DNA from: Trichormus sp. ATA11-4-KO1 | GTDB lineage: Bacteria > Cyanobacteriota > Cyanobacteriia > Cyanobacteriales > Nostocaceae | DNA length: 64,000 nt | Reading direction: 5' to 3' | NCBI GenBank assembly: GCA_019358915.1 | Contig: JAHHIM010000065.1 | Location: forward strand, 256,001-320,000 | Part shown: one piece after another, positions 53,048-64,000 of the stretch | Layout of the letters: every line of letters starts with the position of its first letter | Numbering within the stretch: the stretch's first letter is position 1 | The notes under the pieces: model-generated | What the model was told of the DNA's origin: nothing | Seen by the model: only the letters and a program-made list of their open reading frames with translations | Database searches by the model: none | Program-made: the position numbers and the translations under genes

Positions 53048-54385
53048 TCACCGTCCCAATGAAGGGAGAAAACTCACAATACCTGGGAAAGCGATAATTA
53101 AGACCAAAACCAACATTTGCAGCAAAATAAATGGGATGACACCGCGATAGATGTCAGATGTGGTAACTTCTGGAGGTGCAACGCCACGCAGGTAAAACAG
53201 GGCAAAACCAAAGGGAGGTGTGAGAAAGGAAGTTTGTAGATTTGCTCCCAATATCACACCATACCAAATCAAGTCAATGCCTAACTGTTGGGCTACTGGC
53301 ACAAACAACGGCACGACGATAAAGGCAATTTCAAAAAAGTCAATAAAAAAGCCGAGAATAAATACCGTCGCCATACTAACAATCAAAAAGCCGATTTCGC
53401 CGCCGGGAAGATTGGCGAGGACATCGAACATGAATTGATCACCATTAACTCCCCGAAATACTAAACTAAAAGCTGTGGAACCCAACAGAATAAAAATCAC
53501 CATGCTGGTAATTTTTAAAGTTGCATCACAAACTTGACGCAGAGATTCCAAAGTAAGTTGGCGGTTAGCAGCAGCCAAGGCGATCGCACCTGCACAACCA
53601 ACAGCACCTGCTTCTGTTGGGGTGGCAAAGCCAAAAAAGATACTACCCAGTACTAACAAAATCAGTATTAAAGGTGGCAGCATTACCTGAATTATTCTTC
53701 TTCCTAAGGCTTTACCACCAATTTCTCGCACCTCAGCCGGCAAAGCTGGTGCTAAATCTGGCTGCAAAAATGCCACTATCAGCACATGCAAGGCAAACGC
53801 ACCCGCCATCATCAAACCGGGAATCAGTGAACCGATAAATAAATCACCGACTGAAATACCCAATTGATCACCCAGTACCACTAAGACAACACTCGGCGGG
53901 ATAATTTGCCCTAAAGTACCTGAGGCCGCAATTACACCAGTTGCTAACTGTTTGTTGTACCCATAGCGCAGCATAATCGGCAGAGAAATCAAACCCATTG
54001 CCACCACTGTTGCAGCTACTACACCTGTAGTCGCGGCTAGCAGCGCACCTACTAACACCACAGCTAAAGCTAATCCGCCACGTAAGCGCCCCAACAAAAT
54101 CCCCATCGTTTCTAACAGTCTCTCAGCTATCCCCGATTTCTCCAGCATTGACCCCATAAAGATGAAGTAAGGGATAGCTAACAGAGTGTAGTTGGCCATG
54201 ATGCCAAAAATTCGCTGGGGCATGGCAGTCAAAAACACTGGGTCAAAAACACCCAGGGAAATTCCCACTATGCCAAATAAGATTGCCACACCACCTAAAG
54301 AAAAGGCTACCGGATATCCCAGTGATAACAGCACCAACGCCCCAGCAAACATTACTGGCCCCAGCCATTCATAAGCTAGCGTCAT
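53048..54385 (-). CDS. dctM: TRAP transporter large permease
   Basis: GYPVAFSL, LLAIPYF, SGTLGQIIPPS, FLTPPFG. Confidence 0.93.
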   Translation of the reverse strand: MTLAYEWLGPVMFAGALVLLSLGYPVAFSLGGVAILFGIVGISLGVFDPVFLTAMPQRIFGIMANYTLLAIPYFIFMGSMLEKSGIAERLLETMGILLGRLRGGLALAVVLVGALLAATTGVVAATVVAMGLISLPIMLRYGYNKQLATGVIAASGTLGQIIPPSVVLVVLGDQLGISVGDLFIGSLIPGLMMAGAFALHVLIVAFLQPDLAPALPAEVREIGGKALGRRIIQVMLPPLILILLVLGSIFFGFATPTEAGAVGCAGAIALAAANRQLTLESLRQVCDATLKITSMVIFILLGSTAFSLVFRGVNGDQFMFDVLANLPGGEIGFLIVSMATVFILGFFIDFFEIAFIVVPLFVPVAQQLGIDLIWYGVILGANLQTSFLTPPFGFALFYLRGVAPPEVTTSDIYRGVIPFILLQMLVLVLIIAFPGIVSFLPSLGR

Positions 54386-54923
54386 GGTGTTCCTCCTGGG
54401 GTTCTAGTCTGCCTTGAAGAATTGCCACATTTTTAATTGCCTGAGAAATTCCCTGAAAAATCAACATTACAAAGGCGACAATAATCATGGCTTTAATCGG
54501 ATAGCGCGGCAAACCATCCGGATCTGGAGATGTTTCCAGAATTTGCCACGAAGCCACGATGGTATCCCAAGAAAAAAAGATGACCATAATGCAGAAGGGA
54601 ATCAGGAAGAATATCGTTCCCACCAACTCTGCAAGTGCTTTCCGTCGAGGCGGCCAATTGCTGTAAAAGATGTCAACGCGGACGTGTTCATTGTGCTTTA
54701 AAGTGTAAGCTGCTCCCAATAAGAATATTAAATCAAAAATATACCATTGAGCTTCTATGTAAGCGTTGGAAGTCAAGTTACTGCCAATAATCCGCCCTAA
54801 GTATCTACCTATAACATTCCACACGCCAAGTATGACCATGACTAACACCAGCCAACTGGTCAATCGACCAATGCTTTCAGTGCAAGTATCAATAATTCTG
54901 GCTATTCTTAATAGTCTCTCCAA
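54369..54923 (-). CDS. dctQ: TRAP transporter small permease
   Basis: LLGAAYTLKHNEHVRVDI. Confidence 0.92.
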   Translation of the reverse strand: MERLLRIARIIDTCTESIGRLTSWLVLVMVILGVWNVIGRYLGRIIGSNLTSNAYIEAQWYIFDLIFLLGAAYTLKHNEHVRVDIFYSNWPPRRKALAELVGTIFFLIPFCIMVIFFSWDTIVASWQILETSPDPDGLPRYPIKAMIIVAFVMLIFQGISQAIKNVAILQGRLEPQEEHHDASL

Positions 54924-55127
54924 AGGTTATCTCACCTCTCTAATCGCTGTAAGTGTAGTTTACAACTCAAGATTGCCAAGAAATAGTTTTCTCCTTAGTG
55001 TCTTTGTGTCTTTGGGGTGAAAATAACCACCAAGACACCAAGATTGAAGATTTTCTACTACACTACGTTCTGACTGTCTCCTCAAAATCGTAGGATAAGA
55101 AGATAAACTAAACTTTACATTTAATCA

Positions 55128-55727
55128 ATGACTTCTAATGTTCCCGCTAAAACTCGAAAGTTACCCATTCAAGCTATAGGGGCTAGGATTTTCCACTCTG
55201 TTAATATCATTAGCCTATTTCTGATGATCACCAGTGGGCTACAAATCTATAATGCCAACCCGGTTTTTGGTGGACGTGCTGGTTTACATATTCCCGCCAT
55301 ATTTACATTAGGAGGTTGGCTAGCAGGCGGCAGACACTGGCACTTTGCGGCAATGTGGTTATTCTCGCTCAATCTGCTGTGGTACGGAATTTATATTTTA
55401 ATTACCCGACGCTGGCGATATCGATTTGTGGGGTTTAAGGATATTAAAGCATTACAAAAAACTCGAAATTCTCAGCGTTTAATTTATGCTTGGCATCGCA
55501 TTGTTTATACATCTATTATTCCTATCTTACTATTGGCATTACTCACGGGTATAGGTATGTATAAACCTGCTCAATTTCCTTGGATTGTCGATATGTTTGG
55601 TAGTTGGCAAGCTTTGCGAATTGTTCACTTTTCTTCAGTGCCTCTAGTTGTTGCTTTTGTATTTATTCACTCGTTGCTAGGACAAAAAGCTGGGGGTTCC
55701 CAACTTACAGAATCAATGTTTTGGTAA
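55128..55727 (+). CDS. Cytochrome b/b6 domain membrane subunit
   Basis: RIFHSVN, GRHWHF, RIVHF heme-ligand His pattern. Confidence 0.85.
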   Translation: MTSNVPAKTRKLPIQAIGARIFHSVNIISLFLMITSGLQIYNANPVFGGRAGLHIPAIFTLGGWLAGGRHWHFAAMWLFSLNLLWYGIYILITRRWRYRFVGFKDIKALQKTRNSQRLIYAWHRIVYTSIIPILLLALLTGIGMYKPAQFPWIVDMFGSWQALRIVHFSSVPLVVAFVFIHSLLGQKAGGSQLTESMFW

Positions 55728-55733
55728 ATCAAT

Positions 55734-56450
55734 TTGATAAATATGAATTTAATTCACGTACAGCGCCGTCAATTTCTCAAAATCTCTGGATTATCTACTT
55801 TAAGTTTGCTGATGGGTGGTTGTGGTACACCAGCTTTTGAAGATATAGTAGGTCAACTTTCGCAACCACTAAATCATCAAGTGGGAGAATTAATATTTAA
55901 TCCACAAAAGCCTGTACCAGAATTTTCGCTGAATGAAATTCAACCAGAGGCGTTGATAGTTAACACATTTCGGTACACCCCAATTATTCATGCAGAAAAG
56001 TATCGTTTAGTTATTGATGGTGAAGTCAATAATCCTCTCAGTCTCAGTATGGCGGAAATTCAGGCTTTACCCCTAACTTCGATGATTATTCGCCATGTTT
56101 GTGTGGAAGGTTGGGCGGCGATCGTGCAATGGGGTGGTATATCTCTCAAAGAAATTATTGCCCTGGCTGAACCTAAAGCTAATGTCCAATTTGCTTATTT
56201 TAAATCGGCTGATGGTTACTATGAAAGTTGGGATATAGCTTCGGTTTTACATCCTCAAACTTTATTAGCTTATCAAAAAAATGGTGAACCTTTACCAGTT
56301 AATAATGGTGCGCCTTTGCGTTTAGCTTCGCCAATTAAACTTGGTTATAAACAGAGTAAATGGGTGACTAAAATTTCACTTGTGAGTAATTTATCACCGT
56401 TTAAGGGCTATTGGGAGGATCAGGGTTATGAATGGTTTGCAGGACTTTAG
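55734..56450 (+). CDS. Molybdopterin-dependent oxidoreductase (sulfite oxidase/MsrP-like)
   Basis: Tat RRQFLK, HVCVEGW, GAPLRL...GYKQSKW, GYWED. Confidence 0.9.
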   Translation: MINMNLIHVQRRQFLKISGLSTLSLLMGGCGTPAFEDIVGQLSQPLNHQVGELIFNPQKPVPEFSLNEIQPEALIVNTFRYTPIIHAEKYRLVIDGEVNNPLSLSMAEIQALPLTSMIIRHVCVEGWAAIVQWGGISLKEIIALAEPKANVQFAYFKSADGYYESWDIASVLHPQTLLAYQKNGEPLPVNNGAPLRLASPIKLGYKQSKWVTKISLVSNLSPFKGYWEDQGYEWFAGL

Positions 56451-56514
56451 TAAATGAAAATTGATTAGTTGCCAATACTTATTTCGGTTACTTGTTTTTT
56501 ATTAATTAATAAAC

Positions 56515-57954
56515 ATGATTTTTTTTGATAAATTGCATGGTAATATTTTGCAAAACCAAAGCTTACTTTTCGTAGGTCTTGATCCCAATCCTGAGATGAT
56601 GCCCGCCCATTATAAATCTCAGGATGTTATCGATGATTTGTGGAATTGGTTACAATTCATTATTAGCGAAACCGCCGATTTTGTCTGTGCTTATAAGCCA
56701 ACACTTGGATTTTATGAAGCTTTAGGGGTTGCTGGTTTGGAACTGCTACACAAAACTTTGGCAGCTATTCCTACCCATATTCCCATAATTTTAGATGCTA
56801 AACATAGTGACTTAAATACTAGTACTGTTTTCGCTCGCACAGTATTTACAGAATGGCAAGTAGATGCCATAACTCTTAGTCCATATACAGGACAAGATCA
56901 TGTAGCACCGTTTTTAGTTTACCCCGATAAAGCAGTATTTATTTTATGTTGTACTTCTAATCCGGGAGCAGAAGCTTTACAGCAATATCCGACAAATGAA
57001 TCACCTCTTTATTTGCAGGTGGTAAAGGAATCAAAAAATTGGGGAACTCCAGAACAATTAGGTTTAGAAGTAGGTACTATAAATCCTGAAGTATTGGCGC
57101 TTATTCGCTCAGTTGCACCTGAGAGGATAATTATGGCACGTAGCATTTGGGCAGCAGGTAATAATAACTTGAAGCAAATTTTAAAAGCAGGCTTGAATGC
57201 TAACGGTGATGGCTTACTAATTCCTGTTCCTCAAGATATGTTGGCTAGCCCAAATTTATCCGACAATATTCAATCTTTACGTGCAAGCATTAATCAGGCA
57301 AGAACTGAAATTGTTCGTGATGGTTCTACCTGTTCTGTATGGTTACCTGATGTTTGTTTGTTGAATCAGCATCCCCAACTAGATTTAATTTTACAGCTTT
57401 ATGATATTGGTTGCATTATGTTTGGTAACTTTGTTCAAGCATCAGGAGCCACTTTTCCTTATTACATTGATTTACGCAAAATAATTTCCAATCCTCAAGT
57501 TTTTAATCAAGTCCTTAGTGCCTATGAAAAAATTTTAAAGAACCTGAAATTTGATAGATTAGCAGGTATTCCCTACGGTTCTTTGCCAACGGCTACTGGT
57601 TTATCCTTGCGTTTACATTGTCCGATGATTTTCCCTCGCAAAGAAGTCAAAGCACATGGAACGCGGAGATTAATTGAGGGTAACTTTTATCCTGATGAAA
57701 CTGTAGTGGTAGTTGATGACATTCTGATTAGCGGTAAGAGTGTGATGGAAGGTGCGGAAAAATTAAAATCGGCAGGATTAAAAATTAACGATATTGTAGT
57801 GTTTATTGACCATGAACAAGGAGTACAAGATAGGCTACTAGCAAATGGTTATCGAGGTCATTCAGTTTTCACAATTTCGGAAATCACAGAAACGCTTTAT
57901 CAAGCAGGACGAATTAATCAGGAGCAGTTTTTAGCATTTCAGGAAAGCAAATAG
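56515..57954 (+). CDS. pyrFE: Bifunctional OMP decarboxylase / orotate phosphoribosyltransferase
   Basis: VGLDP, AYKP, ILDAK N-terminal domain; YYIDLR, RKEVKAHG, VVVDDIL C-terminal domain. Confidence 0.92.
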   Translation: MIFFDKLHGNILQNQSLLFVGLDPNPEMMPAHYKSQDVIDDLWNWLQFIISETADFVCAYKPTLGFYEALGVAGLELLHKTLAAIPTHIPIILDAKHSDLNTSTVFARTVFTEWQVDAITLSPYTGQDHVAPFLVYPDKAVFILCCTSNPGAEALQQYPTNESPLYLQVVKESKNWGTPEQLGLEVGTINPEVLALIRSVAPERIIMARSIWAAGNNNLKQILKAGLNANGDGLLIPVPQDMLASPNLSDNIQSLRASINQARTEIVRDGSTCSVWLPDVCLLNQHPQLDLILQLYDIGCIMFGNFVQASGATFPYYIDLRKIISNPQVFNQVLSAYEKILKNLKFDRLAGIPYGSLPTATGLSLRLHCPMIFPRKEVKAHGTRRLIEGNFYPDETVVVVDDILISGKSVMEGAEKLKSAGLKINDIVVFIDHEQGVQDRLLANGYRGHSVFTISEITETLYQAGRINQEQFLAFQESK

Positions 57955-58090
57955 CCCTGGCTCTAAAAATTAATAAATTATGCCCTTATCTTAGTTATGG
58001 GTTTGAGCCTAACGCACTAAGATAGATGAGAATAAGTAAGATAGTGCGTTGCTGAATTGAGAGATGATTCTTGTCAGGTTGGCAGCATAT

Positions 58091-58221
58091 AGCTTCGCCA
58101 CGCAAGCTATCGACTGAGCGCTCACGCCGTACCCCTTTGGGGAAGCAAGCTACGCGTAGCGTCCCGCAGGGAAGTCTTACCCGCCCAGAAATACAAGGGA
58201 CGGGCAAGATGTCCATCCCAC
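58091..58221. repeat. Cluster of nested small dispersed/REP-like repeats
   Basis: GCTTCGCCACGCAAGCTATCGACTGAGCG...GCTACGCGTAGC...GGGACGGGCAAGATGTCCATCCCAC; GC-rich patch in an AT-rich spacer. Confidence 0.55.
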
Positions 58222-58327
58222 AAATACCAGCGAAATCATCCTGCAAATATGCAGTATTATTTTTGTTTTAGTTTTCTGAATACCTGTGTAAGAGGTCTAA
58301 TATTAAGATAATTTATTTGCATTAATT

Positions 58328-59416
58328 ATGTCTATTACGCTGGAAAAACTGCTTAAATGGTTGATTTTGACACTGCTATTTCCTCTAGTCTTTCTCAATG
58401 GTTGGCTAGCATTCCGATTTTTTCAATCTTTTCAAGTTTTAATTACAATTTTTGTATTGGCGACTTTGCTAGCTTTTATTTTGAACTACCCTGTTGCTTT
58501 TTTTCAGCAAAGTGGAATGAAACGAAACTATGCAGTAACGCTAGTTTTTATATCATCTTTGGCAATTTTAGCTGCTTTAGGCATAACTTTGTTTCCGGTC
58601 ATTTCTCAGCAATTTAATGAAATGGCTAAATTATTTCCTCAATGGATTCATTCGAGTGAAGAAAAACTTCACCTACTCGATGAGTGGGCTGTTAACCACG
58701 GATTAAGAATTAGTTTTAGCCAAATTATTGGTCAGTTTACGAATCGCTTACCAGATGAATTGGAGAATCTTGCCGATAAACTTTTTAGTATTGTTATAGA
58801 AACTATTGATAGTATTTCTGATATTTTAATAACAGTAGTATTAACTTTTTATTTTTTGTTAGATGGACCAAGAATTTGGGAAGGAATATTTAAGAGACTA
58901 CCTGGAAGTTTTGCTCAACAGGTGCAAAAATCTCTTCAGCAAAACTTCCAAAATTACTTGATCGGTCAGATAACTTTGGCTTCATTGATGGGATTTTTAC
59001 TAACATTTATATTTTTAATTTTTCGAGTTCAATTTGGTTTAATCTTTGGTTTGGGAGTGGGTATTTTAAGTTTAATTCCCTTCGGTGATGTCGCTAGTAT
59101 CAGTATAATTACTTTAATAATAGCTTCACATAATTTTTGGTTAGCAGTTAAGGTTTTAGCTGTAGCTGTTGTCACCGACCAGTTAATTGACCAAGCGATC
59201 GCACCTCGTCTTTTGGGTAGGTTTATCGGATTGAGACCAATATGGGTGTTAATTGCTTTGCTAGTAGGAACCTATATTGGCGGGTTATTGGGACTGTTAA
59301 TTGCTGTACCTATAGCTGGTTTGATCAAAGATGCCTTTGATGGTTTTTCGCCATCTGATGAGAGCGATCGCGCTGTTGCAGGTTCAGAAATATTAAATCA
59401 GCAATCAACAACTTGA
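58328..59416 (+). CDS. AI-2E family transporter
   Basis: LAFILNYPV, FYFLLDG, PRLLG...GLLGLLIAVP. Confidence 0.9.
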   Translation: MSITLEKLLKWLILTLLFPLVFLNGWLAFRFFQSFQVLITIFVLATLLAFILNYPVAFFQQSGMKRNYAVTLVFISSLAILAALGITLFPVISQQFNEMAKLFPQWIHSSEEKLHLLDEWAVNHGLRISFSQIIGQFTNRLPDELENLADKLFSIVIETIDSISDILITVVLTFYFLLDGPRIWEGIFKRLPGSFAQQVQKSLQQNFQNYLIGQITLASLMGFLLTFIFLIFRVQFGLIFGLGVGILSLIPFGDVASISIITLIIASHNFWLAVKVLAVAVVTDQLIDQAIAPRLLGRFIGLRPIWVLIALLVGTYIGGLLGLLIAVPIAGLIKDAFDGFSPSDESDRAVAGSEILNQQSTT

Positions 59417-59701
59417 TAAGATGACCTCTGTCAAGTCTTGACAGGCGATCGCGCATTTGCATTTTTCTTTGTGGCATAGCAAAGAAAGCATAGGGGTAAA
59501 TGCTTTTAACCTGCCTGATCCCCTGTCTAAGAATTGCTTTGGAGTTGAGTAGCCAGTAGAAGAAATCAGCAGCCGCGACAGAATTGAATAATGAGTCAGC
59601 ATTTTTAGTACAAGTGGGCAAAAAATTTACTTAAATTCCCAGCCTACATGACGACTCAAAAACTCGATTCAGCCTTACGGATGAATATTTTTGCCAAAAT
59701 A

Positions 59702-60760
59702 TCAAATTCCTTTGAATCCCATCTCAGCTTCTATCTCTTGTTGTGCTGGCGGAGATTTCACTTCATCCGGGGTAACTCTGCGGCGATTTTGACGCCAAAT
59801 ACCAACTTGGCTGAGAAATATACCAACTAAAATCAAGCTACCACCAATATATTGAGCTAAAGTAGGGGCTTCACCCAAGATTATGTAAGCTGCTAGGATG
59901 CCTGCAATGGGGGTAAACGAGCCAACCAAGGAAGCCATAGATACCGTGGAATCCCTCAAACCCTTGAGCCAAAAAGACTGACCTAAAACGATAATCACCA
60001 CACCATAAACCAACATCCACTGCCAAAGGAAAGGCGAGAATACATCCATAAAATGATCGCTGCTATAAAGCACTAAAGCACTAAAGAAAAAGATGACGGT
60101 TCCCAAGGCAGTCCGAAAGATATTGTAAATTCCTAACGGTATACGAGAAAGATACTTTTTACTAATAACCGTGGACACAGTTATCGCCACCGCTCCGATC
60201 GCTGCCAAAAATTCCCCTATGCCTAGATTAAACCCTCCGATATTCATCATGGTTTGCCCTGGTAGCTGAAGCAGGATTGTGAGGGTAACGCCGACAAAAG
60301 CCGCGATCGCTCCGACAATTTCCCAAAGATTTACCCTCTCCCCTAACAGCCAAACTGATAAAGCCAAAATCAAGGGTGGTTCCAATCTACCTATCAAAAT
60401 GACGTTATTAACTTCAGTGAACGCCAATGCTTGAAAAATTAAGCCGGGAGCTATTGCTCCTGATAGGATGGCAACTACTGTCATAATCAACCAATCTTTG
60501 CGGGATATTTGCCTCAAAGTCGCTTTGCTCCACTGTTGCCCATAGATCAGTATGAGAACCATCAAAGCGCACAGGTTGCCCACAAATAAAACGTTACACA
60601 GCGAAATGGGATTTCGACCATCTATTAAGTTTTGGGAACCGATTTCTGTCAGCTTGCGGGTAACTGCACCGGATGCTCCAAAAATCAGGATTGCTAGCCA
60701 GAGATAGGCTTGTCCGGGAATTTTGGAGATGAAACGATGCCATTTTCTCTGACTAGCCAC
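59702..60760 (-). CDS. DMT/EamA family transporter
   Basis: Ten TM helices; two EamA repeats (LLGER, ILGEAP). Confidence 0.88.
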   Translation of the reverse strand: MASQRKWHRFISKIPGQAYLWLAILIFGASGAVTRKLTEIGSQNLIDGRNPISLCNVLFVGNLCALMVLILIYGQQWSKATLRQISRKDWLIMTVVAILSGAIAPGLIFQALAFTEVNNVILIGRLEPPLILALSVWLLGERVNLWEIVGAIAAFVGVTLTILLQLPGQTMMNIGGFNLGIGEFLAAIGAVAITVSTVISKKYLSRIPLGIYNIFRTALGTVIFFFSALVLYSSDHFMDVFSPFLWQWMLVYGVVIIVLGQSFWLKGLRDSTVSMASLVGSFTPIAGILAAYIILGEAPTLAQYIGGSLILVGIFLSQVGIWRQNRRRVTPDEVKSPPAQQEIEAEMGFKGI

Positions 60761-61064
60761 AATTACACCACTGCAATGAAATTGCTGTTAATGATACTAG
60801 GCTTCCCTGATTAAGTCTAGGTGAGGTCGATGTCAGCACAAATCACTGAGTAATTTTGAAAACGAAGGAAGATGTTCGGAGGAAGGAGGAAGAAGGAATA
60901 ACAAAAACTTTAGTTGTGGGTTTAAAGCCCACTTTTTAAAATGTGGGTCTCTTCTTCCCTCTTCCTTCGTGAACTCTGGCGATCGCTGACCAAGTGACTG
61001 TGATCTAGCCAGGCAAAACAAGTGAAAATAGCCATAAATCAAAATTTAAGGTGTCGAAGATATT

Positions 61065-61802
61065 ATGAATTGGGAAATCTTTATAGCTAGTTTTGCCGGA
61101 TCTCTAATTGAATTAATCGAGATTCTCGGTATAGTCATCGTTGTCGGGAGGTTAGCAGGTTGGCGTAATGCGCTAGTTGGTTCAAGCGGTGGTATTGGCT
61201 TGACTTTACTGCTATCTCTAGTGTTAGGGAAGAGTTTAACTCTGATACCCGTAGATATTCTCAGAATTGTGGCGGGAGTTTTGTTACTACTGTTCGGTCA
61301 AAAGTGGACTCGTTCCATAGTCAAGTACTACGCCGGCATTCCTAAGAAGCGTAAAGATGATGAAGATAGGCTAGAAGCGGAACTAGCAAAAGATGGCAAT
61401 CAATCTGGCTGGAACTGGTTTGCTGTGGTCACCACCTTTAAAGGGGCGCTATTGGATAGTGTGGAAGTGGCGATCGCTGTAGTTACTTTGGGTGCTGCTG
61501 GAAGCAAATGGCTAGAGTCGATTAGTGGTGCTGGATTTGCGGCATTTAGCTTAATGGTATTTGCTTTCTTATTTAGAGCGCCACTCCAGCAAGTACCCGT
61601 GAAACCAATGAAGTTTGTAGCAGCAATGTTACTGATGGGATTTGGTCTCTACTGGCTGGGTACAGGATTAGATTTTGAGTGGCCAGGTGGTCATTGGGCA
61701 ATTATTTGGTTACCTCTAGCTTGGGGCGTGGGTATGGCGATCGCATCTGCAATTTGGCGTTGGCGAGTAGGGTTGCAAAAGCCAGAGGAAGTTATCAGTT
61801 AA
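61065..61802 (+). CDS. COG4280-type membrane protein
   Basis: ASFAGSLIELIE...GWRNAL...FKGALLDSVEV. Confidence 0.75.
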   Translation: MNWEIFIASFAGSLIELIEILGIVIVVGRLAGWRNALVGSSGGIGLTLLLSLVLGKSLTLIPVDILRIVAGVLLLLFGQKWTRSIVKYYAGIPKKRKDDEDRLEAELAKDGNQSGWNWFAVVTTFKGALLDSVEVAIAVVTLGAAGSKWLESISGAGFAAFSLMVFAFLFRAPLQQVPVKPMKFVAAMLLMGFGLYWLGTGLDFEWPGGHWAIIWLPLAWGVGMAIASAIWRWRVGLQKPEEVIS

Positions 61803-61843
61803 CATTATCTGTTGAAGCGATCACCGGGTGCAGGAGCATAAAA

Positions 61844-63076
61844 CTATACTTTCTCCTTTGCTGGCGGCACAATATTACTTTTTTGTAAACCTGCATCAAT
61901 TTTTTTCAGTAGTTGAAAATCTTCTGCTGGTAAGGGATAACTATTACTGCTGAACAAACCTGCGCTGACAGTAGGCTGTTTTTCTAAAAAGGAGAATGCT
62001 TGTCGAAACTGATCCGGTGCTACTTTAATCGGTGAATTAAAATGACAAGGAATAATCCACTGAAAATCCCAACTTGCCAGATGATTAGCCCAGTCGATGG
62101 TTTCCCTCGGTGCGCGGTTGAGAATCAGTGTCTGTAAAATCGGTGCGACAAATAAACGACCATCCCCTCGTAGTGCATGAAACGATCGCTCCCAATCTTC
62201 CTGCCATTTAAAGGGAAATAACCCAAAATAAGCTTTTTTTGAGCGATTTGGGGCTTTAAGCGCATCGCGCAATACTTGACTCAATCCCAGTACTTCTAAC
62301 ATACTTGGTCGAAAGTATAGAGCAAATAGCGAGATACGCTGCCATCCCTTACGGCGATTTGCTTGATTATCGGCAACGATTGCAGATGCTTTGTCTTTGG
62401 CATGGAATAGCAAGGGATATGGATCTAATTGCACGATCGCAGGTGGATCTTCTGGTACAGAAATTACTGAATCTGTAACTAACAGCGTTTGCGATCGCTT
62501 ATGAAGAAATGCAACTTCCGCAAACCTTCCTGGCCCCAGCTCAATGGGTCCGAGAATTGCGTAGTCAAACTGGTCAGCAAATGGTGTTTGGCTGCTTGCT
62601 TCTGGTAGTACCTGAGTACGTTTAGGAGGTAAGCCCAGCCAACTAAGTGGTAAATTTAAGGGAAAGCTCCACTGATGAGGAGCCACAAAAATTTGGGCAG
62701 TGGGAAAGCATCTAGCAAAGGGGCCAACGAAGACTTTATGTTCTAGTCCAGAGATAGTTGGCAAAATAATGTACTTGATATCGCCATGTTCGGCAACCAA
62801 CTCTTTGACTAACCTAATACACTCTCGAGTTGGCGCTACGGGAGCATATACCAAAAGACCGCCTTCATCTAACCGAACTACGGTCATGCGAATCGGCACC
62901 ACCACATAGAAAATCCCCTGCAATTGGTCAAATGTCCAGATGGTGTCCTTAATTACTTCTTTGCGGATTGTCCGCCGCTTACCATATGGGTAGAGTGGCA
63001 AAGTAAACCAGAAAGACCATGAAAAGTCCTGTTGATGAATTGGTTCTGTATTTCCCACGTGTTCATCTAGAGCCAA
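61844..63076 (-). CDS. DUF4336 domain protein
   Basis: RMTVVRL..GGLLVYAPV, EHK, TLLVTD, IIPCH. Confidence 0.85.
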   Translation of the reverse strand: MALDEHVGNTEPIHQQDFSWSFWFTLPLYPYGKRRTIRKEVIKDTIWTFDQLQGIFYVVVPIRMTVVRLDEGGLLVYAPVAPTRECIRLVKELVAEHGDIKYIILPTISGLEHKVFVGPFARCFPTAQIFVAPHQWSFPLNLPLSWLGLPPKRTQVLPEASSQTPFADQFDYAILGPIELGPGRFAEVAFLHKRSQTLLVTDSVISVPEDPPAIVQLDPYPLLFHAKDKASAIVADNQANRRKGWQRISLFALYFRPSMLEVLGLSQVLRDALKAPNRSKKAYFGLFPFKWQEDWERSFHALRGDGRLFVAPILQTLILNRAPRETIDWANHLASWDFQWIIPCHFNSPIKVAPDQFRQAFSFLEKQPTVSAGLFSSNSYPLPAEDFQLLKKIDAGLQKSNIVPPAKEKV

Positions 63077-63504
63077 TCTGCGACCCCTCCCAAATTCCCA
63101 ATGCTCAAATTATTTTTCCGCACTCTCCATAAAGTTGGAGTTCAGCAAATTTTTGAGCCTACAACTTATGTTGTATCAAAAGTCTAGTATCTCATAACTC
63201 AGGCGGCAGACAGAAAACATCTCAAATCTGCCCGCAACTCTCTACCTTTCTTTGTAAATCTGCAAATTACTACTTTATAACTTAAAACAATTTACTAATT
63301 CATTTGATTTTTGGCATTATTTATACATTCGCTAATTAGTATTTTGTCTATTTATTTTATTGAAGATATAAGCTAAATCATTGACAATTTTTATGTTACT
63401 AAAATAGTATGTATGCAAATTCTAACTGCTGCATAGTAAAGCCCACGAGAAGAATTTGCTTGGAGAAAAGTAACAAGTAATAAAACAGAATTGGGATAAA
63501 GCTA

Positions 63505-63858
63505 ATGAACGCTAAAAATATCTCTGCCTTAGCAATTGTGGTAGCTTTTGCCAGCTTAGGAAGCCCGGTTCATGCTCAGTCACCAGAAGCACCTAATTCA
63601 AGTTCAGAAAGCCATACATTAACTGGTGATTCGCTGGAAGGAATTAGTACTAGAACAGCCCAAGATGATTTCGTCAATTTTTTTAATGGCAACAATTCAG
63701 CAGGTCTCTCTAACAATAGTGAGATCAATAATAATACCTTGGGTGGATTGCGGTTAAACGAATCAATATCACTGCCAAACACCCAAATATTATTGCAGCC
63801 GGCTCAGTCTGTAGATGGTAATGACGGAGTACAAGTACAGTTAGATTTGGGGAATTAA
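63505..63858 (+). CDS. Secreted hypothetical protein
   Basis: Signal peptide ending VHA; C-terminal VQVQLDL. Confidence 0.7.
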   Translation: MNAKNISALAIVVAFASLGSPVHAQSPEAPNSSSESHTLTGDSLEGISTRTAQDDFVNFFNGNNSAGLSNNSEINNNTLGGLRLNESISLPNTQILLQPAQSVDGNDGVQVQLDLGN

Positions 63859-63866
63859 TAACCCTT

Positions 63867-63893
63867 GTAGAGACGTTGTATACAACGTCTCTA
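63867..63893. repeat. REP-like perfect palindrome / possible terminator
   Basis: G-TAGAGACGTTGTATACAACGTCTCTA (26-bp perfect palindrome). Confidence 0.75.
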
Positions 63894-64000
63894 AATTCTT
63901 TTGCGGAGATATCTATGTAAATTCTTTCCCATTGCCCATTTCCTTGAGTTTTTTTACAGGGAAATTTGCATTCACTTAGTATCAATGCGACTGAAAAAAA

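Noticed and set aside
56515..57954. pyrF-pyrE fusion as a novelty
   Set aside because: This fusion is already known in filamentous cyanobacteria.

Overview
Chromosomal window from a heterocyst-forming cyanobacterium (Nostocales-like: frequent HIP1 GCGATCGC sites, STRR/SDR-type repeats). It carries uninterrupted uptake hydrogenase genes hupSL, a repeat-punctuated toxin-antitoxin array, a TetR + DevBCA-type exporter and a Mo-nitrogenase cluster (nifB-fdxN-nifS-nifU-glbN-nifH-nifD-nifK-orf-nifE-nifN-nifX-orf-orf-nifW-hesA-hesB-fdxH). Further on are a GluR0-like channel, hupW and housekeeping/transport genes (glk, TRAP, pyrFE). nifD is split by a 9,083-bp XisA excision element whose cargo includes an AIPR protein, TA modules and several pseudogenes. 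The most unusual signal is two apparent gene-cassette arrays. In one, behind hupL, TA modules alternate with a ~140-165-bp HIP1-containing repeat, and one cassette sits exactly in the HIP1 site of a repeat copy. In the other, inside the nifD element, three co-oriented cargo units each end in a conserved HIP1-bounded GTAG-hairpin repeat. Other findings: a 113-bp MITE family with 8-bp target duplications (one copy disrupts vapC), identical inverted 106-bp MITEs bracketing hupW, nested MITE/SDR stacks and an unannotated 54-aa Pro-rich lipoprotein. All product calls come from motif recognition and memory of protein families; no searches were run.
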